The position numbers and the translations under genes are program-made. Positions 46,925 through 56,076 of a stretch of DNA of 64,000 bases are shown piece after piece. This stretch comes from Rhizobium sp. Q54 (lineage in GTDB: Bacteria; Pseudomonadota; Alphaproteobacteria; SHVZ01): NCBI GenBank assembly GCA_945871425.1, contig CAMBVS010000014.1:4497-68496 (forward strand), read 5' to 3'. The notes beneath the pieces were generated by a model. It was not told the DNA's origin and searched no databases. It saw nothing but the letters and a program-made list of their open reading frames with translations. Every line of letters begins with the position of its first letter. The first letter of the stretch is position 1.

Positions 46925-47704
46925 CTAGAACGTCCCCGGGTACTGGCCGCCGTCGATCAGCAGGTTCTGGCCGGTGATGTAGCCGGCATGGGCCGAGCAG
47001 AGGAAGGCGCAGTAGGCGGCGAACTCCCTCACGTCGCCGTAGCGCCCGGCCGGGTTCAGCGCCTTCCGCTCCTCCCAGATGGTCTCGAACGGCTTGCCGG
47101 TGATCTTGACCAGGCCCTGGACGTGGCGGCGCTGGGCGTCGCTGTCGAAGACGCCCGGCAGCAGCGTGTTGATCGTCACATTGTGGCGAACCGTGGTGCG
47201 CGCGAGGCCGGCGACGAATCCCACGAGTCCCGACCTGGCGCCATTCGATAGTCCCAGGTCCAGCTGGGCGATCTTCACGCTGCGGGACGAGATGCTGACG
47301 ATGCGGCCGAACTTCCGCGCCATCATCCCGTCGACCGTCGCCTTGATCAGCTCGATCGGGGTCAGCATCAGGGCGTCGATCGCGGCGATCCAGTCGTCGC
47401 GGGTCCAGTCGCGGAAGTCGCCGGGATGCGGCCCGTCGGCATTGGTGATCAGGATGTCCGGCTCCGGGCACGCCGCCAGCGCCTTCGCCCGGCCGTCGGG
47501 CGTGGTGATGTCGACGGCGACCGTGCCGACCTCGACCCCGGTCTCGGTCCGGATCGACGCCGCCGCCGCCTCGAGGCGCTCGGGATTGCGCGCGATCATC
47601 ACCAGGTTCACACCCTCGCGGGCGAGCAGCTGGGCGGTCGCATGCGCCATGCCGCGGCTGGCACCGGAGATCAGCGCCGTCCGGCCCTTGATGCCGAGAT
47701 CCAT
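46925..47704 (-). CDS. SDR family oxidoreductase (FabG-like)
   Basis: 'MDLGIKGR.ALISGASRGM', 'DILITNA', 'YITGQNLLIDGG'. Confidence 0.88.
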   Translation of the reverse strand: MDLGIKGRTALISGASRGMAHATAQLLAREGVNLVMIARNPERLEAAAASIRTETGVEVGTVAVDITTPDGRAKALAACPEPDILITNADGPHPGDFRDWTRDDWIAAIDALMLTPIELIKATVDGMMARKFGRIVSISSRSVKIAQLDLGLSNGARSGLVGFVAGLARTTVRHNVTINTLLPGVFDSDAQRRHVQGLVKITGKPFETIWEERKALNPAGRYGDVREFAAYCAFLCSAHAGYITGQNLLIDGGQYPGTF

Positions 47705-47726
47705 CAGCCGGCTCCCGTCGCCGAGA

Positions 47727-48191
47727 TCATCCGTTCGGGCCTGAGAACTTGCCGAAGGAACGGCTGGGGGTGCCGCGGAACAGCGACATATGCGTGTGGA
47801 CGGCGACCCAGTCTTCGCCGACGGCCTTGCGGGCGAAGGCGACCGTCGCCCGGCCCGGCCGGTCGAAGCGGCTGCCGTCCTGGTTGAATCCGTCGGAATC
47901 GAAGATCGCCATGCCGACCGCGCTCAACCGGTCGGGCGAGACGATGGCCTCGACGCCCTCCAGCCGCCAGCGGAAGTTGCGGATGGTCGGCCAGACGTTG
48001 CTCCATTGCTCCTTGACCACGGCCGGGCGCTCGGAGACGAAGTCGCTGAAGGTGCCGAAGGCGATCAGGTCCTCGGCAAACAGCGGATAGGCGGCCTCGA
48101 AATCGACCGCCTGCACGCAGTCCGACAGCCGCTTGAACCAGCGGCGGATGCCGTCGACATCCTTCGCATCCGGGGTCGTCCGCAGGCGCAT
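47727..48191 (-). CDS. SnoaL/NTF2-like fold protein
   Basis: 'LFAED...FGT', 'GRATV', 'WVAVHTHMS' C-terminal strand motif. Confidence 0.75.
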   Translation of the reverse strand: MRLRTTPDAKDVDGIRRWFKRLSDCVQAVDFEAAYPLFAEDLIAFGTFSDFVSERPAVVKEQWSNVWPTIRNFRWRLEGVEAIVSPDRLSAVGMAIFDSDGFNQDGSRFDRPGRATVAFARKAVGEDWVAVHTHMSLFRGTPSRSFGKFSGPNG

Positions 48192-48205
48192 CGGTCTCTT
48201 CCGTG

Positions 48206-48532
48206 TCAGTGTTTCAGGATTGCGGGCGGCACGATGGTGCCGCCCGCCGGCGCCTCGCCGGCGAAGCGTTCGATCTCGACCAGCGTGGTCGGGGCGGCAT
48301 AGCCCTGCCCCAGCCGCGAGGTGCCGCGGTCATAGGTCAGCACGTTCGGATTGCCGCGATTGTCGGTGCCGCCGCCGAGCGGATCGAACCAGGCGCCGGC
48401 CGCGAGCGGCACCACGCCGGGACGCACGCCGTCGGCGACGGTGGCGCCGGCAAGGCAGGCGCCGCGGCCGTCCTCGACGACCGCCTTGAAGGCGCCCCAG
48501 TGCGAGCTGGAATGGACCGTCCGGCGGCTCAT
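48206..48532 (-). pseudogene. Internally deleted BisC/TorA-type molybdopterin oxidoreductase
   Basis: N-terminal 'SSHWGAF.AVVEDGR' joined in frame to C-terminal 'GACLAGA..GVRPGVV..GAWFDP...GNPNVLT.D.GTSRLGQG'. Confidence 0.85.
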
Positions 48533-48617
48533 GCGATCATCTTTTCATTGATCGTCCGCGGCGTCACCCAGCTTCAGAGCGGCGCGGCGCCAACCCGATG
48601 CACCGCGCCGGCACGCC

Positions 48618-49703
48618 CTAACCTAAGGAGATCACCTGCTTCTCCTCGAAGCTGCGATAGGCCGCCGTCAGCACCTCGAGCGCCGCCAGACCCGCTTCGC
48701 CCGGCACCTCGACCGGCGCGCCGTCGAGAATGCTGCGGGCGCAGGATTCCATTTGCGCGGCGAAGTGGCCGGGCGCAGAACTCCCCTCCAGCTCGATCTG
48801 GCGGGTGCCGTTGCGATCGGTGAGGAACAGCGCGTGGGCGTAGTGGTGGATGCGGAGCGCGCCCTTGGTGCCATGGACATGGATGGTCCCCGGCGCCGAC
48901 TGCCAGCGCCCGGGTGGAACATAGCCGTCGAGGCTCCACGCCGATCCCCAGCTGAAAATTCCTTCCCCTGGCAGGCTGGTCGGAAACGTCGAGTCTTCGT
49001 ACAGCAGATGGCCGAGGCTGCCGTTCCGGAAGTTCATCAGAAGGTACTCAGTCGACGGCGCGGCGCCGGAGATGTTGCCGCGCCCGAACACCGAGGCGAC
49101 GGGGCTGCCGGTCATCCAGCCGAAGGCGTCGATCAGGTGGATGCCGTGATCGACCAGCCCGAGGCCGGAGCCTCCCGGCCCGCCGGGAGGATAGTGCGCG
49201 AAGCCCATGATCTGGCGACCATCGGGCCCGGTGCCGCCGATCTCCTGCTCACGCATCAGCAGGACCTCGCCGATGGCGCCGCTTCCGATGAGATCGCGTG
49301 CCTTCCGCAGCGCCGGCAGGAAGCGATAGGAGGCGCCGTAGAACAGCTTCACCCCGGCGGCGGCGCAGGCGGCGATCATGCGCCGTGCGGAGGCGACCTC
49401 CACCGCCAGCGGCTTCTCGCAGAGCACGTGCTTGCCCGCCTCGGCGCAGGCGATCGCCACGGCCTCGTGCGTGACGACCGGCGTCGCCACGCAGACGAGG
49501 TCCAGCGTCTCCTCGCGCAGCATCCGCGTGAAGTCGGCATAGGGGCGGAACCCGTAGCGGGCCTGGAGGCTCGTCCGCTTCGCGTCGTCGATCTCGGCCG
49601 CCGCGACCAGCTCGATCGCCGAGCTGTCGCGGTAGGCTTCGAGATGGATGGAACCGACGCCACCGAGCCCGACGAGGCCGACACGCAGCTTCCGCTTCGT
49701 CAT
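48618..49703 (-). CDS. Gfo/Idh/MocA oxidoreductase
   Basis: 'VGLGGVG', 'GKHVLCEKP', 'DHGIH'. Confidence 0.9.
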   Translation of the reverse strand: MTKRKLRVGLVGLGGVGSIHLEAYRDSSAIELVAAAEIDDAKRTSLQARYGFRPYADFTRMLREETLDLVCVATPVVTHEAVAIACAEAGKHVLCEKPLAVEVASARRMIAACAAAGVKLFYGASYRFLPALRKARDLIGSGAIGEVLLMREQEIGGTGPDGRQIMGFAHYPPGGPGGSGLGLVDHGIHLIDAFGWMTGSPVASVFGRGNISGAAPSTEYLLMNFRNGSLGHLLYEDSTFPTSLPGEGIFSWGSAWSLDGYVPPGRWQSAPGTIHVHGTKGALRIHHYAHALFLTDRNGTRQIELEGSSAPGHFAAQMESCARSILDGAPVEVPGEAGLAALEVLTAAYRSFEEKQVISLG

Positions 49704-49719
49704 TCCCGGCTCCGCCGTC

Positions 49720-50322
49720 CTAGCCTCGGATCCAGGTCTCCGAGAAGGCGAGCATCGCAGTCGAGATCGAATGGCCGGCGATCTCTCGCGGCACCGGCTT
49801 GCCCGGCAGCTTCTTGCCGTTGATCGTCACCGAGGCATCGGCACAGCCGACGAAGAGGCTCGGCATGTAGTGCTTGCCGGTCGCCGACTTGTCCGGCGGC
49901 AGGGCAAAGCAGAAGGGCTTGCCCAGCCCGGTCCATTTGAGCTCGATGGTCTCGCCGCCGGCCTTCACGATCTCGCTGTAGGTGCTGCCCGGATCGCCCG
50001 CGGTGGCAACCGAGTCGATCTTCCTGTAGGTCAGTCCCTTCAGGCCCGGCAGCCCCTTGTAGGCGCCGAAATTGGCGACGAAGTCGCTGACCAGGTAGCG
50101 CGCCAGCTTCTCGTTGTCGTAATAGCAGACATTGCCTGCGGACGAGCCGTCCTGCGGCGCCTGCAGCAGCACCAGCGCGTGGCCGCGACCATGCGGCGAC
50201 AGCACGACGCGGAAGAAGCTGGCGAGCGTGACGAACGGTCCGTCCGGCGTCTCCTTCAGCGAGACGCCGGGATTCTCGCCCGACCATTCGACGGTGCCCG
50301 GAAATTTGATGGGATCGGCCAT
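49720..50322 (-). CDS. Hypothetical protein (beta-rich)
   Basis: Host-like codon usage, SD GGAGG, 'WSGENP', 'FRVVLSPHGRGH', 'AFSETW'; family not recognised. Confidence 0.75.
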   Translation of the reverse strand: MADPIKFPGTVEWSGENPGVSLKETPDGPFVTLASFFRVVLSPHGRGHALVLLQAPQDGSSAGNVCYYDNEKLARYLVSDFVANFGAYKGLPGLKGLTYRKIDSVATAGDPGSTYSEIVKAGGETIELKWTGLGKPFCFALPPDKSATGKHYMPSLFVGCADASVTINGKKLPGKPVPREIAGHSISTAMLAFSETWIRG

Positions 50323-50462
50323 GGGGTCCTCCATTTCAGTCGGGGGATTATGCACGACTCGGACGTCGTGTGATGCTCATTCCGCCGCCGGTCCCGATCG
50401 GTGGCGCCCGCGGTCGCGATCTGTCACCGTCCACACGTCCCCACCGAAATCACAGAGCCTTG

Positions 50463-51674
50463 ATGGCGCTTCCTCCCTGGCTTCCGCCGCTGGCGGCGGT
50501 CCTCCTCATGCAGATCGTCGCGGCCTTCCAGTCCCAGTCGATCTGGGTCCTGGCGCCGATCCTGACCCAGGCCGCCGGCGTGACGCCGGAGCGCGTCGGC
50601 GAGCTGGCCGGCCTGGTGTCGCTGGGCTCCGCCTGGTTCTTCCTCAGCGGCCATCCGATCCTGCAACGGCTCGGATCGCTGAGGGCGCTGCAGCTGGGCG
50701 CGTTGATGGCGTCCGCCAGTCTGTTGATCTTCTTCGCGCCCTGGTGGCCGGCGATGATGCTGGCGGCCCTCCTGGTCGGCATCGGCTACGGCCCGACGAC
50801 GCCGGCCGGCAGCGACGTGCTCGCCCGCTACACTCCGCCCCGGCACAAGAGCGCGATGTTCTCGATCAAGCAGGCGGGTGCACCGCTGGGCGGCGCCATC
50901 GCCGGCTTGAGCCTGCCGACCCTCGCCGTCTTCATCGGCTGGCAGTTCGCGCTCGTCGCGACGGCGCTGCTCGGGCTCGCCGCCATCCTCGTGGTCCAGC
51001 GGGTCCGGTGCGAGCTCGATGCCGACCGCGACGACAGCGTGCCGCTTTCGGCGCGGATGCTGGTGTCGCCGGCCAATCTTCGCCAGCCGGTCGAGGCGCT
51101 GGCACTCTCGCCCGGCCTGCCGCTCTTGACCGTGGCCTCGTTCTGCCTCGCCGCCATCCAGGGCAATCTCTTCTCTTTCGGCGTGACCTACCTCACCGAC
51201 GAGATCGGGCTGACGCTGGTTCAGGCCGGCGCCGCCTCCTCGGCCATGCTGTTCACCGGCATGTTCGGGCGCGTGCTGATGGGGTGGATCGCCGATCGTA
51301 CAGGTTCGGCGATCGACGTCCTGAAGACGCTCGCCGTCACCGCGACGCTCTCGACCCTGGCGCTGTCGACGATCCGGCCGGACTGGTCCTACGGCGCGAT
51401 CGTTGCTGTGTTCGCAATGACCGGCATCGCCGCCACCACCTGGAACGGCGTGTTCCTGGCCGAGGTCGCCCGCGTCGCGCCCAAGGGCAAGGTCGGGATG
51501 GCGACGGCCGGCTCCGCCTTCTTCACCTTCCTCGCCTACACCAGCGGGCCTTTCGTCTTCGCCAAGGCGGTCTCGCTGGTCGGCGCCTACGGGCCGGTCT
51601 TCACAGGGGTCGCGGGCCTCGGCGTGCTCGCCGGCATCGCCCTGATCCTGGCCGGGCGACGAGGCGCCGCCTAG
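50463..51674 (+). CDS. MFS transporter
   Basis: About 12 TM; 'FSIKQAG.PLGG', 'GRVLMGWIADR', 'WNGVFLAEVAR'. Confidence 0.88.
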   Translation: MALPPWLPPLAAVLLMQIVAAFQSQSIWVLAPILTQAAGVTPERVGELAGLVSLGSAWFFLSGHPILQRLGSLRALQLGALMASASLLIFFAPWWPAMMLAALLVGIGYGPTTPAGSDVLARYTPPRHKSAMFSIKQAGAPLGGAIAGLSLPTLAVFIGWQFALVATALLGLAAILVVQRVRCELDADRDDSVPLSARMLVSPANLRQPVEALALSPGLPLLTVASFCLAAIQGNLFSFGVTYLTDEIGLTLVQAGAASSAMLFTGMFGRVLMGWIADRTGSAIDVLKTLAVTATLSTLALSTIRPDWSYGAIVAVFAMTGIAATTWNGVFLAEVARVAPKGKVGMATAGSAFFTFLAYTSGPFVFAKAVSLVGAYGPVFTGVAGLGVLAGIALILAGRRGAA

Positions 51675-52459
51675 CGTCCGACGAAGGCGGGCTTCCGCTT
51701 CTCCATGAAGGCGCGCCGCCCTTCGACGTAGTCCTGGCTCGCGAAGCATTCGCGTACGACGCGGTCGCACATCTCGAGGTCGCGATCCTCGGGATCCTTC
51801 ATCGCCTCGCCGACCAGGCGCTTGATCGAGGCGACGGTCAGCGGCGCGTTGCCGGCAATGGTGGCGGCATACTCGTTCACCTTGTCCTCGAGCTCGGCTG
51901 ACGGCACCACCCGGTTGACCAGCCCCATCGACGACGCCTCGGCGGCGTCGAACTGGCGCGCGGTGAAGAAGATCTCCTTGGTGAAGGACGGCCCCACCAG
52001 ATCGATCAGCCGCTGCACGCCGGGAAGCCGGTAGCCGAGGCCGAGCTTGGCGGCCGGGATGGCGAAGCGCGATCCCTCCTCGCAGAAGCGAAGGTCGCAG
52101 CTCACCGCCAGCGCCACGCCGCCGCCGATGCAATATCCCCGGATCATCGCGATGGTTGGCTTTCCGAGGTTGCCGAGTCGCTGATACAGGCGGTCGGTGG
52201 TGGCGTTGTATTCCTCGACCGCCTTCTCCGAGGCGCGCTCGCTCTCGAACTTCGAGATGTCGGCCCCCGAGACGAAGGCCTTGCCGCCGGCGCCGGTCAG
52301 CACGATCACGCGGATCGCGGGATCTCGCTCGAAGTCGTCGAGGATGGTATCGGCCGCCTGCCACATCTCCAGCGACACGGCATTGTGGCGCTCGGGGTTG
52401 TTGAAGATCATCCAGCCGGTGTTGCCGTCCTTGCGGGCGATCATTTTGTCCGTGGACAT
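51671..52459 (-). CDS. Enoyl-CoA hydratase/isomerase
   Basis: 'AFVSGADI', 'GYCIGGG', 'PAAKLG', 'EGRRAFMEKR'. Confidence 0.92.
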   Translation of the reverse strand: MSTDKMIARKDGNTGWMIFNNPERHNAVSLEMWQAADTILDDFERDPAIRVIVLTGAGGKAFVSGADISKFESERASEKAVEEYNATTDRLYQRLGNLGKPTIAMIRGYCIGGGVALAVSCDLRFCEEGSRFAIPAAKLGLGYRLPGVQRLIDLVGPSFTKEIFFTARQFDAAEASSMGLVNRVVPSAELEDKVNEYAATIAGNAPLTVASIKRLVGEAMKDPEDRDLEMCDRVVRECFASQDYVEGRRAFMEKRKPAFVGR

Positions 52460-52480
52460 GCCTTTTCTCCTTCTGCTGGT

Positions 52481-53677
52481 TCAGATCACGCCGCGCGACC
52501 GCAGGCCGGCAATCGCGGCCTCGTCGTAGCCGAATTCGCGCAAGACCTCCTCGGTGTGCTGGCCGATCTCGGGCGAGGGCAGCTGGCTCTTGCTCGGCGT
52601 CCGCGACAGCCGCACCGGCTGGGCCAGGTATTTGGCCTTCGGTCCCTTCACCGGCGAGTCGACCTCGTCATAGGGCTGGAGGTGCCGCACCTGCGGATCG
52701 GCGAAGACCTCGTCCATCTTGTTGATGCGCCCGCAGGGCACGCCGGCGGCATTCAGCCGGTCGATCCAGGTGGCGCCGTCCTCGCCCTGGAGTCGCCGCT
52801 CGATCTCGGCGTTCAGCGCGTCCCGGTTCTTCGAACGGTCGGCGGCGGTCGAGTAGTCCTTGCGCGCCACCAGGTCGTCGGCTGCGATCGCCTTGCAGAA
52901 GCGCTCCCAGATCTTGCGGCCGGTGACGGCGATATTGATGTGGCCGTCCTTGGTCTTGAACACGCCCGTCGGGATGCTGGTCGGGTGGTTGTTGCCGGCC
53001 TGCTTCGGCACCTCGCCGTCCATCAGCCAGCGCGCAGCCTGGAAGTCGAGCATGAACATCTGGGCCTGCAGCAGCGAGGTCTGCACCCATTGGCCCTCGC
53101 CCGACACCTCGCGCTCGAGCAGCGCCACGACGATGCCGTAGGCGCAGAAGATGCCGGCGGTCAGGTCGGCGATGGGAATGCCGACGCGCACCGGCCCCTG
53201 GCCGGGAAGCCCGGTGATCGACATCAGGCCGCCCATGCCTTGCGCGATCTGGTCGAAGCCCGGCCATTCGCGGTAGGGCCCGTCCTGGCCGAAGCCGGAG
53301 ATGCTGGCGTAGACCAGCCTGGGATTGACCGCCTTCATCGCCTCGTAGTCGATGCCGAGGCGGGTCTTCACGTCGGGGCGGAAATTCTCGACCACGACGT
53401 CGGCGCATTCGGCCATGCGCTTCAGGACGGCGACGCCTTCGGGCGACTTCAGATTCAGGGTCATGCCGCGCTTGTTGCGCTGCAGGTTCTGGAAGTCGGA
53501 GCCGTGGCGCGGCCCGCCCGGCGCATCGCCCGGCTCCATGCCTTCGGGCATCTCGATCTTGACCACGTTGGCGCCCCAGTCGGCGAGCTGGCGGACCGCG
53601 GTCGGGCCCGAGCGCACACGCGTGAGATCGAGGACGGTGAAGCGCTGAAGGGCCGCAGAGGTTGGTCGAAAGGGCAT
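52481..53677 (-). CDS. CaiB/BaiF family III CoA-transferase
   Basis: 'LDLTRVRSGP', 'VENFRP', 'SGFGQDGPY..PGFDQIAQGMGG'. Confidence 0.93.
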   Translation of the reverse strand: MPFRPTSAALQRFTVLDLTRVRSGPTAVRQLADWGANVVKIEMPEGMEPGDAPGGPRHGSDFQNLQRNKRGMTLNLKSPEGVAVLKRMAECADVVVENFRPDVKTRLGIDYEAMKAVNPRLVYASISGFGQDGPYREWPGFDQIAQGMGGLMSITGLPGQGPVRVGIPIADLTAGIFCAYGIVVALLEREVSGEGQWVQTSLLQAQMFMLDFQAARWLMDGEVPKQAGNNHPTSIPTGVFKTKDGHINIAVTGRKIWERFCKAIAADDLVARKDYSTAADRSKNRDALNAEIERRLQGEDGATWIDRLNAAGVPCGRINKMDEVFADPQVRHLQPYDEVDSPVKGPKAKYLAQPVRLSRTPSKSQLPSPEIGQHTEEVLREFGYDEAAIAGLRSRGVI

Positions 53678-53748
53678 CGGTCTTTCCCACTCGAGGCGGC
53701 CGCTTGCCGCCGCAGGTCTTTATTCGGTATCACTATTCTTAGGACCTG

Positions 53749-53766
53749 AAAACTGTTGACAGTTTT
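53749..53766. promoter_or_regulatory. Palindromic operator candidate overlapping TTGACA
   Basis: AAAACTGT-TG-ACAGTTTT in the AT-rich divergent intergenic region next to a GntR gene. Confidence 0.65.
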
Positions 53767-53790
53767 TGCGCCCAGCCGCCCAATGCCGCT

Positions 53791-54549
53791 ATGAACGAGG
53801 TCTACGGCAACACCGCCCTCGAGATGGTGACCGCATTGCGGATCCGGCGGACGGAGACCCTGGCCTCGCTGGTGCGCAAGGAACTGGAGCGCATGATCGT
53901 CTCGGGCGAGCTCAGGGCCGGCGACCGGCTGAACGAGAGCGCGCTCGCCGACCGCTTAGGCGTGAGCCGGGGGCCGATCAGGGAGGCCTGCCGCGGTCTC
54001 GAGCAGAGCCGCCTGGTCGAGGTCGTGGTCAACCGCGGAACCTTCGTCCGCCAGATCTCGCTCCAGGACGCGCTCGACATCTACGACGTGCGCTCGGCCC
54101 TGTTCGGCGTCGCCGGCGAGACGCTGGCCGCGCGCATCACTCCGCCCCAGCTCGCGACTCTCTCCGGCCTGGTCGAGGCGATGGCGCGGGCGGCCGACGA
54201 CATCGATGCCTACTACCCGCTCAACGTCGACTACCACGCCAAGCTGGTCGAGTTCTCCGGCAACGCCCGGCTGGTCACCACATATCGCAGCCTCGCCCAG
54301 GAGCTGCACCTGTTCCGCCGGCAGGGCCTGGTCAGCGAAGGCTCGATGGCAGTTTCCAACCGCGAGCACCGTGCCATCCTGGAGGCGCTGGCCCAGCGCG
54401 ATGCCGCGCGGGCGAGTACACTCATGCGCGAGCACATCCTCGCCGGCAAGAAGCGGTTGCTGAAGCTGACCGAAAGCGAACGAGCCGGGGCCGCGTCGCC
54501 GGCGCCGGACTCTCAGCGACGACGAAAACGACTTGTTGCAGGAACCTGA
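53791..54549 (+). CDS. GntR/FCD transcriptional regulator
   Basis: wHTH 'LNE..LADRLGVSRGPIREA', FCD 'N..YH...SGN..L...EH..I..AL'. Confidence 0.92.
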   Translation: MNEVYGNTALEMVTALRIRRTETLASLVRKELERMIVSGELRAGDRLNESALADRLGVSRGPIREACRGLEQSRLVEVVVNRGTFVRQISLQDALDIYDVRSALFGVAGETLAARITPPQLATLSGLVEAMARAADDIDAYYPLNVDYHAKLVEFSGNARLVTTYRSLAQELHLFRRQGLVSEGSMAVSNREHRAILEALAQRDAARASTLMREHILAGKKRLLKLTESERAGAASPAPDSQRRRKRLVAGT

Positions 54550-54589
54550 ACACAGGCCGGCGACCAACAAGACCTATGGGAGGAAGACC

Positions 54590-55579
54590 ATGCCGACGAA
54601 GACACCGACACACATCCGCCTGACCCGCCGCGCCTTCGCCGCCGGCAGCGCCGCCGCCGCAGGCCTCGCCTGGTCGCCGCTCGGCGCCCAGGAGAAGTTC
54701 CCGTCGAAGACGATCGAGGTGGTGACCCATGCCGGCGTCGGCGGCGGCACCGACATCACCGGCCGCATGATGATGGTGCATGCACCGGAAGCGTTCGGCA
54801 CCGAGTTCGCCATCGTCAACAAGGTCGGCGGCAGCGGCGCCGCGGCGTTGGCCTACGCCGCCTCCAGGCCGCGCGACGGCCACACCATCCTGCTGATCAC
54901 CCAGACGCATCTCCTGACCGTCATGCAGGGCAAGGCGCCGGTGAAGTACGACGAGATCGTCGGTCTCGCGCGTGCCACCGACGATCCCCAGTTCCTGATG
55001 GTGGGCAAGTCGAGCCCGCTCAAGACCGCCCAGGAGATGATCGCCGCCGGCAAGACCAAAGCGCTCAAGTTCGGCGTCACCCAGCTCGGCGGCGTCGACC
55101 ACCTTGCCGTCCTCGGCTTCGCCAAGAAGGCGGGGATGCAGGCCCCGACCATCGTGCCGTTCCGAGGCGGCGGCGACATCGTGATCAACACGGTCAGCGC
55201 CAATGTCGACGTCGGCATCCTCAACTACGCCGAGGCGGAGTCGCAGCTGAAGGCCGGCGACGTCAGGGCGCTGGTGACGTTGACGCCGAAGCGCCTCGCC
55301 CCGCTGCCGGACGTGCCGTCGGCGAAGGATATCGGCCTCGATATCAACTACTCGACCGTCCGCGGATTCGTCACGCTGAAGGGCGTGGCGGACGACCGGC
55401 TGAAGGCGCTCGAGGATGGCCTGCTGAAGGCGATGAAGGGGCAGATGTACGCGACATACATCGAGAGGTCGGGGCAATCCGCGGACAGCGTTGTCGGCCG
55501 TGGCCCCTGGCAGGCTCAGCTCGACGGCTTCTACAACGAGGGCCAGGCGGCGCTGAAGGAAATTGGCCTGCTGAAATAG
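54590..55579 (+). CDS. tctC: Tripartite tricarboxylate transporter substrate-binding protein
   Basis: Tat signal 'TRRAF', 'GGGTDI..R', 'N..GGSG', 'VPFRGG'. Confidence 0.88.
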   Translation: MPTKTPTHIRLTRRAFAAGSAAAAGLAWSPLGAQEKFPSKTIEVVTHAGVGGGTDITGRMMMVHAPEAFGTEFAIVNKVGGSGAAALAYAASRPRDGHTILLITQTHLLTVMQGKAPVKYDEIVGLARATDDPQFLMVGKSSPLKTAQEMIAAGKTKALKFGVTQLGGVDHLAVLGFAKKAGMQAPTIVPFRGGGDIVINTVSANVDVGILNYAEAESQLKAGDVRALVTLTPKRLAPLPDVPSAKDIGLDINYSTVRGFVTLKGVADDRLKALEDGLLKAMKGQMYATYIERSGQSADSVVGRGPWQAQLDGFYNEGQAALKEIGLLK

Positions 55580-55589
55580 CGAGCCCGGC

Positions 55590-56063
55590 ATGACCGTTCC
55601 GGGCTGGCGGAGCCGCACCGATCTCCTCGTTGCGGCGGTCATCCTCGCCTTCTGTGCGATCGTCTACGGGCTCACCTACCGCTTCGACGCCGTGCCCGTC
55701 GCGTTGATGGACGGGCTCGGCGCCGAGCTGTTTCCACGCCTGGTTCTCGGCGTGGTGGCGCTGATGGCGGTCCTGATCGCGCTCGGCATCGGCATCACGC
55801 CCATGGCCGCGCCGCCGCCGGTGCACCCGATGGTATGGATGACCGGCGGCGCCATGCTGGCGTTCATGGTCGCGGTCGAGGTGATCGGGCTATGGCCGAC
55901 CGCCTTCCTTTTCGTCGTCGGCCTCGGCTGGCTCTGGGGAGAGCGCAGCCTGCTCAGGCTCGCGCTTAGCGCCGCCGGGTTGTGCGCCGTGCTTTACCTT
56001 CTGTTCGTACGGCTGCTCGGCGGAACCTTCCCCAAGGGCCTGCTCACCTCCCTCTGGTCGTAG
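55590..56063 (+). CDS. tctB: TTT small permease
   Basis: 4 TM, 'G..LFPR', 'P.G' tail; lies between tctC and tctA. Confidence 0.85.
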   Translation: MTVPGWRSRTDLLVAAVILAFCAIVYGLTYRFDAVPVALMDGLGAELFPRLVLGVVALMAVLIALGIGITPMAAPPPVHPMVWMTGGAMLAFMVAVEVIGLWPTAFLFVVGLGWLWGERSLLRLALSAAGLCAVLYLLFVRLLGGTFPKGLLTSLWS

Positions 56064-56076
56064 GGATCGTACCCGG

